Assembly: GCA_964389975.1 (NCBI GenBank)
Contig: CAYMGJ010000001.1
Location: 22,240-86,239 of the forward strand
Direction of reading: 5' to 3'
Source of the DNA: an uncultured Candidatus Saccharibacteria bacterium
Lineage (GTDB): Bacteria > Patescibacteriota > Minisyncoccia > Phycocordibacterales > PALSA-1337
DNA: 64,000 bases
Every line of letters starts with the position of its first letter. Positions within the stretch are counted from its first letter, which is position 1. The notes below the pieces were generated by a model that saw nothing but the letters and a program-made list of their open reading frames with translations, had not been told where the DNA came from and did no database searches. Both the position numbers and the translations under genes were made by a program. Positions 48,555-58,512 of this stretch are shown here, in pieces.

Positions 48555-48603
48555 AAAGATCCTTTCAGGATTAAGTATACCACCACATAACCATTAACAA
48601 TAT

Positions 48604-49461
48604 ATGAAAGATTATTACAACACACTTGGAGTACCAAAAACAGCTACACAAGATGAGATAAAGAAAGCGTTTCGTAAACTTGCTCATGAATATCATCCTG
48701 ATAAGAATAAGGGGGATGATACTAAGTTCAAAGAAATAAACGAGGCGTATACGGTGCTGTCTGATAGTCAAAAGAGACAGCAGTATGACACTTTTGGTTC
48801 TGCTGGACCACAGCAGGGTGGTTTTAATGGTGGAGGATTCGGTGGTTTTGACTTTTCAGGTTTCGCACGACAGCATCAAGGACAGAATGGTCAATCTTTT
48901 GAATTTGATCTTGGTGATATTTTCGGAGAATTTTTCGGAGGTGGAGGACGTCGACCACGACGTGGGTCAAATATCACTGTGGATACAAAACTAACATTTA
49001 AGGAATCTGTTTTCGGAGTTGAAAAAGAATTCTCGCTTGGAGGAAAGGAGAAAATTGTTGTAACTATTCCAGCAGGTATTGAGAATGGACAAGGTCTTCG
49101 TGTATCAGGAAAAGGTGAGGAGGGGGCTGGGGGTCGAGGAGATCTCATTGTACGTGTATGGGTTGATGAGCATAAGGTGTTTCGTAAGGAAGGATTTAAT
49201 CTCATCATGGAACTTGATTTAAAGCTCACCACAGCACTTTTGGGAGCTTCTCTTGATATTGAAACTCTTGATGGAGTAATTGAATTGAAAGTTCCTGCAG
49301 GAACAACTCATAATGAAGTATTACGCATCAAGGGAAAGGGAGTACCTCATCCTCATGGAAAGAGAGGGGATATACTTGTGGTGACTAAGGTAGAGATGCC
49401 ACGTAAACTTTCAAAAACTGCTCATAAATTAGTTGAGGAATTGAAGAAGGAGGGTCTGTAG
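48604..49461 (+). CDS. dnaJ: DnaJ-like co-chaperone lacking Cys-rich zinc-finger domain (CbpA/type II-like)
   Basis: J-domain with HPD ([12 protein letters not shown]), G/F-rich linker, C-terminal substrate-binding domains; no CxxCxGxG repeats. Confidence 0.8.
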   Translation: MKDYYNTLGVPKTATQDEIKKAFRKLAHEYHPDKNKGDDTKFKEINEAYTVLSDSQKRQQYDTFGSAGPQQGGFNGGGFGGFDFSGFARQHQGQNGQSFEFDLGDIFGEFFGGGGRRPRRGSNITVDTKLTFKESVFGVEKEFSLGGKEKIVVTIPAGIENGQGLRVSGKGEEGAGGRGDLIVRVWVDEHKVFRKEGFNLIMELDLKLTTALLGASLDIETLDGVIELKVPAGTTHNEVLRIKGKGVPHPHGKRGDILVVTKVEMPRKLSKTAHKLVEELKKEGL

Positions 49462-49557
49462 TTGACTGGTTTTATATAGCATGAGAGTCTTTATTTTAGA
49501 ATTTCTATTTTATATCATCGCATGGTGATAGGGTAGGAAGGCTTTTTTAATTGTTGT

Positions 49558-49920
49558 ATGAAGAAGAAAGTTATAATAGGCACTTTAACGAGACAAATCT
49601 TAGTGCCTGCAGTTTTTGGATTCAAGTTAAATCCACCTTGCAAACCTTCCATAATTAAACCTTTGAAACGCAAGGGGTGGTGCGCTCTGAGTGATGTAGA
49701 AAATTCCACTGTGACTTCTGGCATCAAGAGGGACGAGTTCTTGAAGATCTTGGGTCATGAATGGTGTATTACATCATTCCCTAGGTCTATAATTACGCAT
49801 ATTACCAAAGGATCTCTCGCTGATCTCCATCGGGCAATCAAAAATAACGGTACAGGTGATATCTATATTCCTCATACACGTCTAATTAAAGTTCTCGAGT
49901 ACGTGTGCAAGAAGAAGTAG
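49558..49920 (+). CDS. hypothetical protein (120 aa)
   Basis: ORF track. Confidence 0.35.
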   Translation: MKKKVIIGTLTRQILVPAVFGFKLNPPCKPSIIKPLKRKGWCALSDVENSTVTSGIKRDEFLKILGHEWCITSFPRSIITHITKGSLADLHRAIKNNGTGDIYIPHTRLIKVLEYVCKKK

Positions 49921-49998
49921 CGAGAAATCCACTTCACCCACATAAGCCAGCATCACTGCTGGCTTTTCCTTTTACCCTCATTTTGCTATGATACATAC

Positions 49999-50949
49999 AT
50001 GTCAAAAAAGATTCTTCTTTCGGGTATTAAGCCAACAGGTCGTCCTCATATAGGAAACTACTTTGGTGCAATGAAGCAAATGGTGGATATGCAGAACAGT
50101 GGTATGTACGAAACATACTTTATGATTGTTGACTATCATGCTCTCAATTTCATACAGGATCAGAAGACAATGCGTGAACATACATACGATTTAACCCTCG
50201 ACTATCTTGCTATTGGTATCAATCCTGGTACATCAGTATTGTTTAAGCAATCTGATATAAGTGCTCATACAGAACTTACATGGATATTTGATACCATCAC
50301 AACTATGCCATATCTCATGAGAGCTCATGCTTTTAAAGATGCTGAGGCAAAGAACAAGGAAATTAGTGTAGGAACTTTTAACTATCCTATGCTCATGGCT
50401 TCAGATATTCTTCTCTATGATGCTGATGTTGTACCCGTTGGGCAAGATCAGAAACAGCATATTGAGTATACACGTGACACAGCAATGAAGTTTAACAATA
50501 TATTTGGAGAAACATTCAAACTTCCCGAACCTCTCATTGTAGAAAATGTTGCAATAGTACCTGGAATTGATGGACGAAAGATGTCGAAAAGTTATGGAAA
50601 CACCATCCCTCTCTTTGCTTCATATGAAGAGATATCAAAAGCTGTTATGAGTATTGTTACTGATTCAGGATCTGATATTCCTCTCAATGTATATAATATT
50701 CATAAACTTTTGAAAACAGAGGAGGAACTGAAACCTCTCTATGAGACAAACAAAGGTAAGTACAAGATCTTAAAGGAAGCATTGATTGCAGATCTTGAAG
50801 CCTTCATTAATCCTCTTCGTGAACGACGCAATGAACTTGCACGTGATCCTCAATTGGTAAAGAAAACGCTCGAGGAAGGTAAGGCACGAGCTCAAGCACG
50901 AGCGGGGGAGAAACTGAAGGTTGTAAAAGAAAAGATTGGGGTGATGTAA
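49999..50949 (+). CDS. trpS: tryptophan--tRNA ligase
   Basis: SGIKPTGRPHIGNYFG (HIGH-type), KMSKS (KMSKSYGN); 316 aa. Confidence 0.9.
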   Translation: MSKKILLSGIKPTGRPHIGNYFGAMKQMVDMQNSGMYETYFMIVDYHALNFIQDQKTMREHTYDLTLDYLAIGINPGTSVLFKQSDISAHTELTWIFDTITTMPYLMRAHAFKDAEAKNKEISVGTFNYPMLMASDILLYDADVVPVGQDQKQHIEYTRDTAMKFNNIFGETFKLPEPLIVENVAIVPGIDGRKMSKSYGNTIPLFASYEEISKAVMSIVTDSGSDIPLNVYNIHKLLKTEEELKPLYETNKGKYKILKEALIADLEAFINPLRERRNELARDPQLVKKTLEEGKARAQARAGEKLKVVKEKIGVM

Positions 50950-50995
50950 AAGAAAAGGACTTCCGGTGAGGAGGTCCTTTCTGATACAGACGATG

Positions 50996-51526
50996 CTATT
51001 CGATAATTTCATGAGCTAATCCGTACCGGATGATCTGATCGGGGTAGAGGTTTGACGTTTTTTTCATCAGTTTCCTTACCTCGCGAGCACTTATTTTTCC
51101 TGATTGTTTGGCAATAATCTCAGAGTACCATTCCTCATCCTTTCTGAGACTACCTGTCCTAAATCCAGACTCACGCGTTGTTATCCTTTCTCCATCGGTA
51201 GTGTAACCGAGTTCATGAAAAAAGAAACTAGTGTGAGGAGTGATAATCCTCCGTGCCGCACTCATAAATACAGGAATTGCCATGGAGCCAACAGCTGATA
51301 CTCCAACAGAGGTAAGTGTGAGGCCTCTTCTTTGGAAAAGAGTAAGTAAATCTACGAGGGCAAAACCAACATCAATAATTCCACCCCCAGAACTTATGAT
51401 GAGATCAACCGGCAATGTTGGTGTATTCTTGCGAAGCTCCGTCATCTCACGATAAACCCTGTCTATCGTGGGATATTCAATTTTGCCAAAAAGAGAGCAT
51501 GTGGCTGAACGACTCTGTGTTTTCAT
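50996..51526 (-). CDS. ClpP-family serine peptidase-like protein (ClpP/TepA)
   Basis: Sequence pattern resembling the ClpP/crotonase fold (LIISSGGGIIDVGFALVDLL; AVGSMA). Confidence 0.6.
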   Translation of the reverse strand: MKTQSRSATCSLFGKIEYPTIDRVYREMTELRKNTPTLPVDLIISSGGGIIDVGFALVDLLTLFQRRGLTLTSVGVSAVGSMAIPVFMSAARRIITPHTSFFFHELGYTTDGERITTRESGFRTGSLRKDEEWYSEIIAKQSGKISAREVRKLMKKTSNLYPDQIIRYGLAHEIIE

Positions 51527-51641
51527 AAAGATATTTTTTCTATCAGCATACGATGCTGATTTCTAATATGCACAATATCATGAATACACCACACATGTCA
51601 ACGTTCTATAAACCCACATTTCAAGATAGTATTAGTATCAT

Positions 51642-53039
51642 ATGACAAGAACATACATTAAAGATCTTAAGCAGTATCTTGGACAGGAAGTGTCCATATC
51701 AGGATGGGTAGACATCCGACGTGATCAGGGTAAACTCATATTCCTTGATTTTCGTGATATAACGGGAAAGGTTCAAGGAGTTATACTCCCTAATGCACAA
51801 GATGCTCATGTAGTAGGATCAACTCTTCGACCAGAATGGGTTGTATCTGTTCAGGGAAAGGTAAATCCTCGTCCTCCAAAGAATATTCAAGCTGATAAGC
51901 TCAATGGTGATATTGAACTTGAGATACTTGGTATATCCGTTCTCAATACAGCAGAAACTCCTCCTTTCGATATTCATGGGGATGGCAAAGAAATCAATGA
52001 AGAGACACGATTGAAATATCGATACATTGACCTTCGCCGAGCACGTCTTCAAAAGAATATGATTCATCGTCATGATGTTATGCTTCGTGTAAGAAACATG
52101 TTTGCTGGAGAAGGCTTTAGAGAAATTGAAACACCTCTTCTCTCAGCAACCACCCCAGAAGGATCACGTGACTATATAGTTCCTTCACGTCTTGACCGTG
52201 GACTCTTCTACTCACTTCCTCAGAGTCCTCAACAATACAAGCAACTTCTCATGGCTTCAGGATTTGAGAAATATTTTCAATTCGCACGATGTATGCGTGA
52301 TGAAGATACTCGAGGGGATCGACAACCTGAGTTTACACAGCTCGATATGGAAATGAGTTTTGTTGAACAGAAAGATGTTATGGCTATCAATGAGAAAGCC
52401 ATTCTCGATATTGTACAGAATCTGTATCCACACAAGAAAATACAGAAAACTCCAATTCCTGTTATGACTCATAAGGAAGCTAAGGAGAAGTATAATTCTG
52501 ACAAGCCAGATATACGTGTTAATAAAGATGATCCAGACGAATTAGCATTCATATGGATTGTTGATTTTCCTTTCTTTGAAAAAGATGAGGAAACAAAAGG
52601 ATGGACATTTAGTCACAATCCATTTTCTGCTCCAAAGCCTGAATATATGAATGACCTTATGGCAGGAAACAATATTGAAAATATCCTTACCACTCAGTAT
52701 GACCTCGTATGTAATGGATATGAGATTGGGGGAGGAAGTATACGAAATCACAATCCTGAAGCTCTCAAGATGGTATTTAAAATCATGGGATATGATGATG
52801 AGAGAATTGAAAAGAACTTTGGACATATGCTCCATGCTCTCGGATCAGGAACACCACCTCATGGAGGTATGGCATGGGGATTTGATCGTCTTATGATGAT
52901 TCTTGAAAATGAACCTAATATTCGTGAAGTTATTCCATTTGCAAAAACAGGTGAAGGACGTGACCCTATGATGGGAGCTCCTGGTAAGGTTCAGGACAAG
53001 CAATTGAAAGAATTGGGTATCAAGATACAAGGAGAGTAG
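51642..53039 (+). CDS. aspS: class IIb aminoacyl-tRNA synthetase, aspartate(/asparagine)--tRNA ligase, short archaeal/eukaryal-type
   Basis: OB-fold N-terminus, motif 2 (FRDEDTRGDRQPEFTQLDMEMSF), motif 3 (GGGSIRNH); 465 aa. Confidence 0.8.
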   Translation: MTRTYIKDLKQYLGQEVSISGWVDIRRDQGKLIFLDFRDITGKVQGVILPNAQDAHVVGSTLRPEWVVSVQGKVNPRPPKNIQADKLNGDIELEILGISVLNTAETPPFDIHGDGKEINEETRLKYRYIDLRRARLQKNMIHRHDVMLRVRNMFAGEGFREIETPLLSATTPEGSRDYIVPSRLDRGLFYSLPQSPQQYKQLLMASGFEKYFQFARCMRDEDTRGDRQPEFTQLDMEMSFVEQKDVMAINEKAILDIVQNLYPHKKIQKTPIPVMTHKEAKEKYNSDKPDIRVNKDDPDELAFIWIVDFPFFEKDEETKGWTFSHNPFSAPKPEYMNDLMAGNNIENILTTQYDLVCNGYEIGGGSIRNHNPEALKMVFKIMGYDDERIEKNFGHMLHALGSGTPPHGGMAWGFDRLMMILENEPNIREVIPFAKTGEGRDPMMGAPGKVQDKQLKELGIKIQGE

Positions 53040-53064
53040 GTATATTCTCTGGTATAATATCTTC

Positions 53065-53793
53065 ATGCAATCTTTTAGGATAAAGACTGGAACATTCGAA
53101 GGTCCTCTTGATCTTCTCCTTTCTCTTGTTGAAAAGAAGAAACTTTTCATCAATGATATATCTCTTGCACAGGTTACTGATGATTTCATACATCATATAG
53201 AAAACTTTGAAAATATACCTATGGGAGAATCTGCCCAATTCATACTCATTGCCTCAACTCTCCTTCTCATTAAATCAAAATCTCTTCTTCCTGTTCTTAC
53301 CCTCACTGAAGAAGAAGAGCAGGGGATACATGATCTTGAAACACGTCTCAAGATATATCAGAGGATAAAGGAGGGGAGTGTACATATTAAGAAAATGTTT
53401 GGAGAACATATTCTTTTTTTTCCAGAAACAACACATGCAACTCCTGTGGTTTTCTCCCCTCATCAATCAATGAATCTTCTTTCTCTTGTTGAGGTATTAA
53501 AAAATATCATTACCTCATTACCAAAGAAAGAATCTGCACCTAAAGCTGTTATACGTCAGGTTATCAGTCTTGAAACTATGATTGATAGTCTTTCAGAGAG
53601 GATTACCCATAGCTTACGTATGAAGTTCAGTGATTTCTCTGCTAGTCACAAACATGAAAAAGTTAATGTCATTGTGAGCTTTCTTGCTATGCTTGAACTT
53701 GTAAAACAAGGAGTTATCCATGCCACACAGGATGATCATAAGGGAGATATACACATGGAAACTCAACAGATAGGGGTTCCGCGGTATAATTAA
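53065..53793 (+). CDS. scpA: segregation and condensation protein A
   Basis: FEGPLDLLLSLVEKKKLFINDISLAQVTDDF N-terminus typical of ScpA. Confidence 0.8.
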   Translation: MQSFRIKTGTFEGPLDLLLSLVEKKKLFINDISLAQVTDDFIHHIENFENIPMGESAQFILIASTLLLIKSKSLLPVLTLTEEEEQGIHDLETRLKIYQRIKEGSVHIKKMFGEHILFFPETTHATPVVFSPHQSMNLLSLVEVLKNIITSLPKKESAPKAVIRQVISLETMIDSLSERITHSLRMKFSDFSASHKHEKVNVIVSFLAMLELVKQGVIHATQDDHKGDIHMETQQIGVPRYN

Positions 53794-53796
53794 AAT

Positions 53797-54348
53797 ATGT
53801 CATATTCACTTGAAACAGCTCTTGAGGCCATTCTCTTCTGGAAAGGGGAACCGATGTCACTTAAAAAACTAAGTGGTTTTCTTAAATGCACAGAGAAAGA
53901 TATACACGATGCATTACCTCGATTGAAAGAATCTCTCAAGGGAAGGGGAATCACAGTGGTTGAATATGATACTGAAATAAGTCTTGCAACTTCACCTCTT
54001 GTATCTCAGTTGATACAAGATATAACCAAAGATGAACTTTCGAGAGACTTAGGGAAAGCTGGTCTTGAAACTCTCTCTATCATTCTCTATCAAGGCCCTA
54101 TTTCTCGTCCTGATATAGATTATATACGAGGGGTAAGTTCACAGTTTATTATCCGCAATCTCCTTGTACGTGGTCTTATAGAGCGGAGCGATAATGAAAA
54201 AGATGCACGAAGTTTCTTGTATAAGCCGAGTCTCGAACTTCTGTCCCACTTGGGTATTTCTCATATACAAGATTTACCTGAATTTGAAGCCATACGGAAA
54301 GATATAGAGAACTTTAAAAATACTACAATCAATGCAGAACAAGCCTAG
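53797..54348 (+). CDS. scpB: segregation and condensation protein B
   Basis: LEAILFWKGEPMSLKKL winged-helix N-terminus; adjacent to scpA. Confidence 0.8.
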   Translation: MSYSLETALEAILFWKGEPMSLKKLSGFLKCTEKDIHDALPRLKESLKGRGITVVEYDTEISLATSPLVSQLIQDITKDELSRDLGKAGLETLSIILYQGPISRPDIDYIRGVSSQFIIRNLLVRGLIERSDNEKDARSFLYKPSLELLSHLGISHIQDLPEFEAIRKDIENFKNTTINAEQA

Positions 54349-55432
54349 TATTGATACCTTATTCCTCATCAATGTCACAGCACTTGCCCTTGCTGGTTTC
54401 TTTATCTTTAGCTCAGCATCACTTGGCCTCCTTGCTCGAACAGGAGCAAGTTTTGCATCAGTTGCACTCAATCAAACTATTGGATTAATTATCGGGGGTC
54501 TTGCATTCTGGGGAATGTCTAAGGTTCACTACAAACTACTTCGTAAATATGCTTTCTTCATACTCCTTGGAGCTCTTGTACTTAATCTCCTCTTATTCAT
54601 ACCAGCCCTTACCCTTACCCATGGAGGAGCATCAAGATGGATTGATCTTGGTTTTGTAACATTTCAACCTTCAGAATTTCTTAAAATTGCCTTCATTATA
54701 TATTTTGGAGCATTACTCTCCTTAATGAAGGACAAGATACATACATTTAAACATGGGGTTCTACCATACCTTGGTATTATGGGATTACTCGGTATTCTCC
54801 TTCTTCTCCAATCGGATACTGATACATTGATTGTGATAGCGGTAACAGGTTTAGCTATGCTCTTTATTTCAGGTGCACGATTGAAGCACATTGCGATTAT
54901 TGCATTCATTTCCCTCATAGCTCTTGGTTCAGTTATGTATGTTCGTCCCTATATACGTGAACGTATCATGACCTATCTCAATCCCTCACAGAATCCTCAG
55001 GGATCTGGATATCAAATTCAACAATCACTTATCGCTATTGGATCGGGACAAATATCAGGTAGAGGTTTTGGACAAAGTATACAGAAATTCAACTATCTCC
55101 CTGAGCCGATAGGGGATTCAATATTTGCTGTTCAAGCTGAAGAATTCGGTTTCCTCGGTAGCACATTTCTTGTTATTGCATTCTTCCTTCTTTTCTTACG
55201 ATCAATATGGATTGCATCACGATCTCCAGATACCTTTGGTGGACTTACTGTGATTGGAATTGCTATACTTATCATCGTAGAGTCATACATGAATATTTCA
55301 TCCATGCTCGGACTCATACCACTTTCAGGAATGCCTCTTCTCTTTGTGAGTCATGGAGGTACAGCACTCATCATTACCCTTGCCGCAGTGGGAATCATTG
55401 CAAATATTTCTAAATATAAAGTAACGAAATAA
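54332..55432 (+). CDS. ftsW: SEDS-family peptidoglycan polymerase (FtsW/RodA)
   Basis: Multi-TM, DLGFVTFQPSEFLKIAFIIYF and GSGYQIQQSLIAIGSG motifs; upstream of murG. Confidence 0.8.
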   Translation: MQNKPSIDTLFLINVTALALAGFFIFSSASLGLLARTGASFASVALNQTIGLIIGGLAFWGMSKVHYKLLRKYAFFILLGALVLNLLLFIPALTLTHGGASRWIDLGFVTFQPSEFLKIAFIIYFGALLSLMKDKIHTFKHGVLPYLGIMGLLGILLLLQSDTDTLIVIAVTGLAMLFISGARLKHIAIIAFISLIALGSVMYVRPYIRERIMTYLNPSQNPQGSGYQIQQSLIAIGSGQISGRGFGQSIQKFNYLPEPIGDSIFAVQAEEFGFLGSTFLVIAFFLLFLRSIWIASRSPDTFGGLTVIGIAILIIVESYMNISSMLGLIPLSGMPLLFVSHGGTALIITLAAVGIIANISKYKVTK

Positions 55433-55435
55433 CTT

Positions 55436-56572
55436 ATGAAAATTCTTTTTACAGGAGGAGGAACAGGAGGTCATTTCTATCCCATCATTGCAGTTGCTCA
55501 ATCAGTTTATGAAAAAGCAAAGGAACGTAAAATACTTACTCCTCAACTCTATTACATGGCTCCAAGTCAGTATAATCCTCGAGCATTGTTTGATAATGAT
55601 ATAGAGTTCGTATCAGTACCAGCAGGTAAGATTCGACGCTACTTCTCTCTTCTCAATCTTACTGATATGTTCAAAACTGCTTTCGGTGTTCTCCAAGCGA
55701 TTATAAAGCTCTACAGAATATATCCTGATGTTGTATTTGGAAAAGGTGGATACGCTAGTTTTCCTGCACTCTTTGCGGCTCGACTTCTCCGTATACCTGT
55801 AATCATCCATGAATCTGATAGTGCTCCAGGAAGAGTGAATGGATGGGCTGCGAAGTTTGCTACTCGAATAGCTCTATCATACCCTGATGCAGGAGAAACT
55901 TTTACTATGGTTAAGGACAAGAGCCGTATTGCATTCACCGGAAACCCTATACGAAAAGAAATACGTGAACCCCTTACCAATGGTGCACGTGAATTCCTTA
56001 ATCTCGAGGAAGGAACTCCTACTATACTCATCATGGGTGGATCACAAGGATCTCAAACCATTAATGATGCCATTATCGATGGTCTTCCTGAACTTGTTAC
56101 CCGATATCAAGTTATTCATCAAACTGGTAAAAAGAATTTTGAATCTGTAAAAGAGACAGCCAAGATTAGTCTTGGAACCAGTGAATATGCATATCGATAT
56201 CATCCTTTCGATTACCTCAATGATCTTGCCATGCGTATGAGTGCAGGGGTAAGTGATGTCATCATATCACGTGGTGGTTCAACTATATTTGAAATTGCAG
56301 CATGGGGTATTCCTTCAATTATCATTCCTCTTTCAAAGAAAATCAGTCATGATCAGGTAAAGAATGCTTTTTCATATGCTCGCAACGGTTCATGTGTTGT
56401 TATTGAGGAAGAAAACTTAAGTTCCCATATTCTCATCTCAGAAATTGACAGGATTAATAATAATCAGCATATTAAGGATGCAATGCGTCAAAATGCTAAG
56501 CAATGGAGCCATATTGATGCTGCTGATAAAATAGCGAATGTTATACTTGAAATTGCATTGAAGCATGAGTAA
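55436..56572 (+). CDS. murG: UDP-N-acetylglucosamine--N-acetylmuramyl-(pentapeptide) pyrophosphoryl-undecaprenol N-acetylglucosamine transferase
   Basis: ILFTGGGTGGHFYPIIAVA N-terminus, GT28 C-terminal domain. Confidence 0.85.
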   Translation: MKILFTGGGTGGHFYPIIAVAQSVYEKAKERKILTPQLYYMAPSQYNPRALFDNDIEFVSVPAGKIRRYFSLLNLTDMFKTAFGVLQAIIKLYRIYPDVVFGKGGYASFPALFAARLLRIPVIIHESDSAPGRVNGWAAKFATRIALSYPDAGETFTMVKDKSRIAFTGNPIRKEIREPLTNGAREFLNLEEGTPTILIMGGSQGSQTINDAIIDGLPELVTRYQVIHQTGKKNFESVKETAKISLGTSEYAYRYHPFDYLNDLAMRMSAGVSDVIISRGGSTIFEIAAWGIPSIIIPLSKKISHDQVKNAFSYARNGSCVVIEEENLSSHILISEIDRINNNQHIKDAMRQNAKQWSHIDAADKIANVILEIALKHE

Positions 56573-56641
56573 GAAAATGCTATACTAACTTACAAGCTTA
56601 TATAGAGAAGCCTATTAATAATTTAATTTAAAACATACTAT

Positions 56642-57148
56642 ATGGAACCAGCAGGAACAGGTATAAAGACATGGCAGTGGGTGGTAACAGTCATTGTTAT
56701 CATCGCTCTCGTTGTCGTTGGTTATGTTATGTTGAAGGGTGGATCTTCTACTCCTACTGACGTAACAGATGATACATCTTCAGAAGTTGATGGAATTAAG
56801 ACAGGAGACATTAATCGAGTTGTTGTCTCAGATCAATTCCCAGGAAATATCGTATATATTTCTTCAGTTCAATTTTCTCAACCAGGATTCGTAGTTATTC
56901 ACAAGGATAACAATGGAACACCAGGAGATGTAATTGGATACCAGTATTTTGACAAGGGAATCAATCCAGGCAAGATAACTTTGACAATGCCAACAGTTGA
57001 AGGTGGTGTATACTACGCTATGCTTCACACTGATGATGGAGACAAGAAGTTCGATGCTAAGAAGGATATGCCTTTGAAGGATTCACGAGGAGAAATCATC
57101 ATGAAGATCTTCCGAGCCTCAGCTAGTGTTACAGGAATCAAGGGATAG
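56642..57148 (+). CDS. hypothetical membrane-anchored/secreted protein (168 aa)
   Basis: N-terminal TM WQWVVTVIVIIALVVVGYVML. Confidence 0.4.
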   Translation: MEPAGTGIKTWQWVVTVIVIIALVVVGYVMLKGGSSTPTDVTDDTSSEVDGIKTGDINRVVVSDQFPGNIVYISSVQFSQPGFVVIHKDNNGTPGDVIGYQYFDKGINPGKITLTMPTVEGGVYYAMLHTDDGDKKFDAKKDMPLKDSRGEIIMKIFRASASVTGIKG

Positions 57149-57204
57149 TAAACTCTGAGATATATTCAACAAAAAAGTACCCTAAGAGGTACTTTTTTGC
57201 TATA

Positions 57205-58512
57205 ATGTCCCCATCTATGAAAGTTGTCACACGTTTTGCACCATCACCTACAGGTCTTCTTCATTTAGGTAATTATCGTACCGCTCTTTTTGCATACATC
57301 TATGCTCGCCAGAATGGTGGTAAGTTCATTCTTCGTATTGAAGACACTGATAAGGCTCGATCAAAGAAAGAATACGAAGACAATATTCTTGAAAGTCTTT
57401 CATGGCTTGGTCTCTCTCACGATGATTTTTTCCGTCAATCAGAGCAGGTGGGAAAACATTCTGAAGCATTACAGAAACTGATTGATTCTGGTCATGCATA
57501 TATTTCTAAGGAGACTCCGAAAGAAGAAGGGGGTAGAACTGAAGTTATCCGCTTTAAAAACCCTAACAAGAAAGTTTCCTTCAATGATATTATCCGAGGT
57601 CGTATTGAATTTGATACTACAGATCTCGGCGATTTCATCATTGCAAAAAATATGCAAGAACCAGTTTTTCATCTTGCTGTTGTTGTTGATGATATGAATA
57701 TGGGGGTAACCCATATTATTCGCGGTGAAGATCATATCTCAAATACACCTCGCCATATTCTCATCTATGAAGCACTTGGGGCACCTGTTCCTCAATACGC
57801 TCACATTCCTCTTGTTCTCAGTACCGACCGATCGAAGCTCTCGAAGCGACGTGGAGCTCTTCCCATCACTGAATATCGTGACAGAGGATACCTTCCACAA
57901 GCCCTCATCAACTCTATGGTTCTTCTTGGATGGAATCCTGGAACTGATCAGGAAATACTTTCTCTCGAAGAGATTGTGTCTCAGTTTAAGCTTGAGAAAG
58001 TGCAGAAAGCAGGTGCAGTATTCGGTGAAGAAAAGCTTCAATGGATCAACAAGAAATATATTGAAATGCTTTCACTTACTGAATTTACCTCATATGCTGA
58101 ATCTTTTGCACAGAGAACTCTCTCACCTCAAGTTATACAACTTCTCAAGGAAAGAATTGTATCCTTTGGAGAAATTCCTGGACTCATAGCAGGGGAGCTC
58201 TCTTTTGTCGAACATGTCGAGAACTATACCCCTGATGCCCTTCTCTGGAAAAAAGAACCTGATCGAGAGAAAACAAAATCTCATCTTCAGTATATCCTCA
58301 CAACCCTTTCATCACTTACTGATTTCTCAAAAGAATCTGTTAAAACTGCCCTCTGGTCATATGCAGAAAAAGAGGGGAGGGGTAATGTACTTTGGCCTAT
58401 GCGCTATGCCCTTTCAGGGAAAGAAAAATCTCCTGATCCCTTTATCATCTCAGAAATTCTTGGCAAGGAAGAAACGCTTAAACGCCTCACCCATGCCTAC
58501 GAATCTCTCTAG
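57205..58512 (+). CDS. gltX: glutamate--tRNA ligase
   Basis: RFAPSPTGLLHLGN (HIGH), KLSKRRGA (KMSKS-like); 435 aa. Confidence 0.9.
   Translation: MSPSMKVVTRFAPSPTGLLHLGNYRTALFAYIYARQNGGKFILRIEDTDKARSKKEYEDNILESLSWLGLSHDDFFRQSEQVGKHSEALQKLIDSGHAYISKETPKEEGGRTEVIRFKNPNKKVSFNDIIRGRIEFDTTDLGDFIIAKNMQEPVFHLAVVVDDMNMGVTHIIRGEDHISNTPRHILIYEALGAPVPQYAHIPLVLSTDRSKLSKRRGALPITEYRDRGYLPQALINSMVLLGWNPGTDQEILSLEEIVSQFKLEKVQKAGAVFGEEKLQWINKKYIEMLSLTEFTSYAESFAQRTLSPQVIQLLKERIVSFGEIPGLIAGELSFVEHVENYTPDALLWKKEPDREKTKSHLQYILTTLSSLTDFSKESVKTALWSYAEKEGRGNVLWPMRYALSGKEKSPDPFIISEILGKEETLKRLTHAYESL

Noticed and set aside
58205-58492. Long N-terminal extension of the M23 peptidase ORF overlapping gltX
   Set aside because: The extension lies inside the GluRS coding region in another frame; a signal-peptide-like start at 58493 is far more plausible
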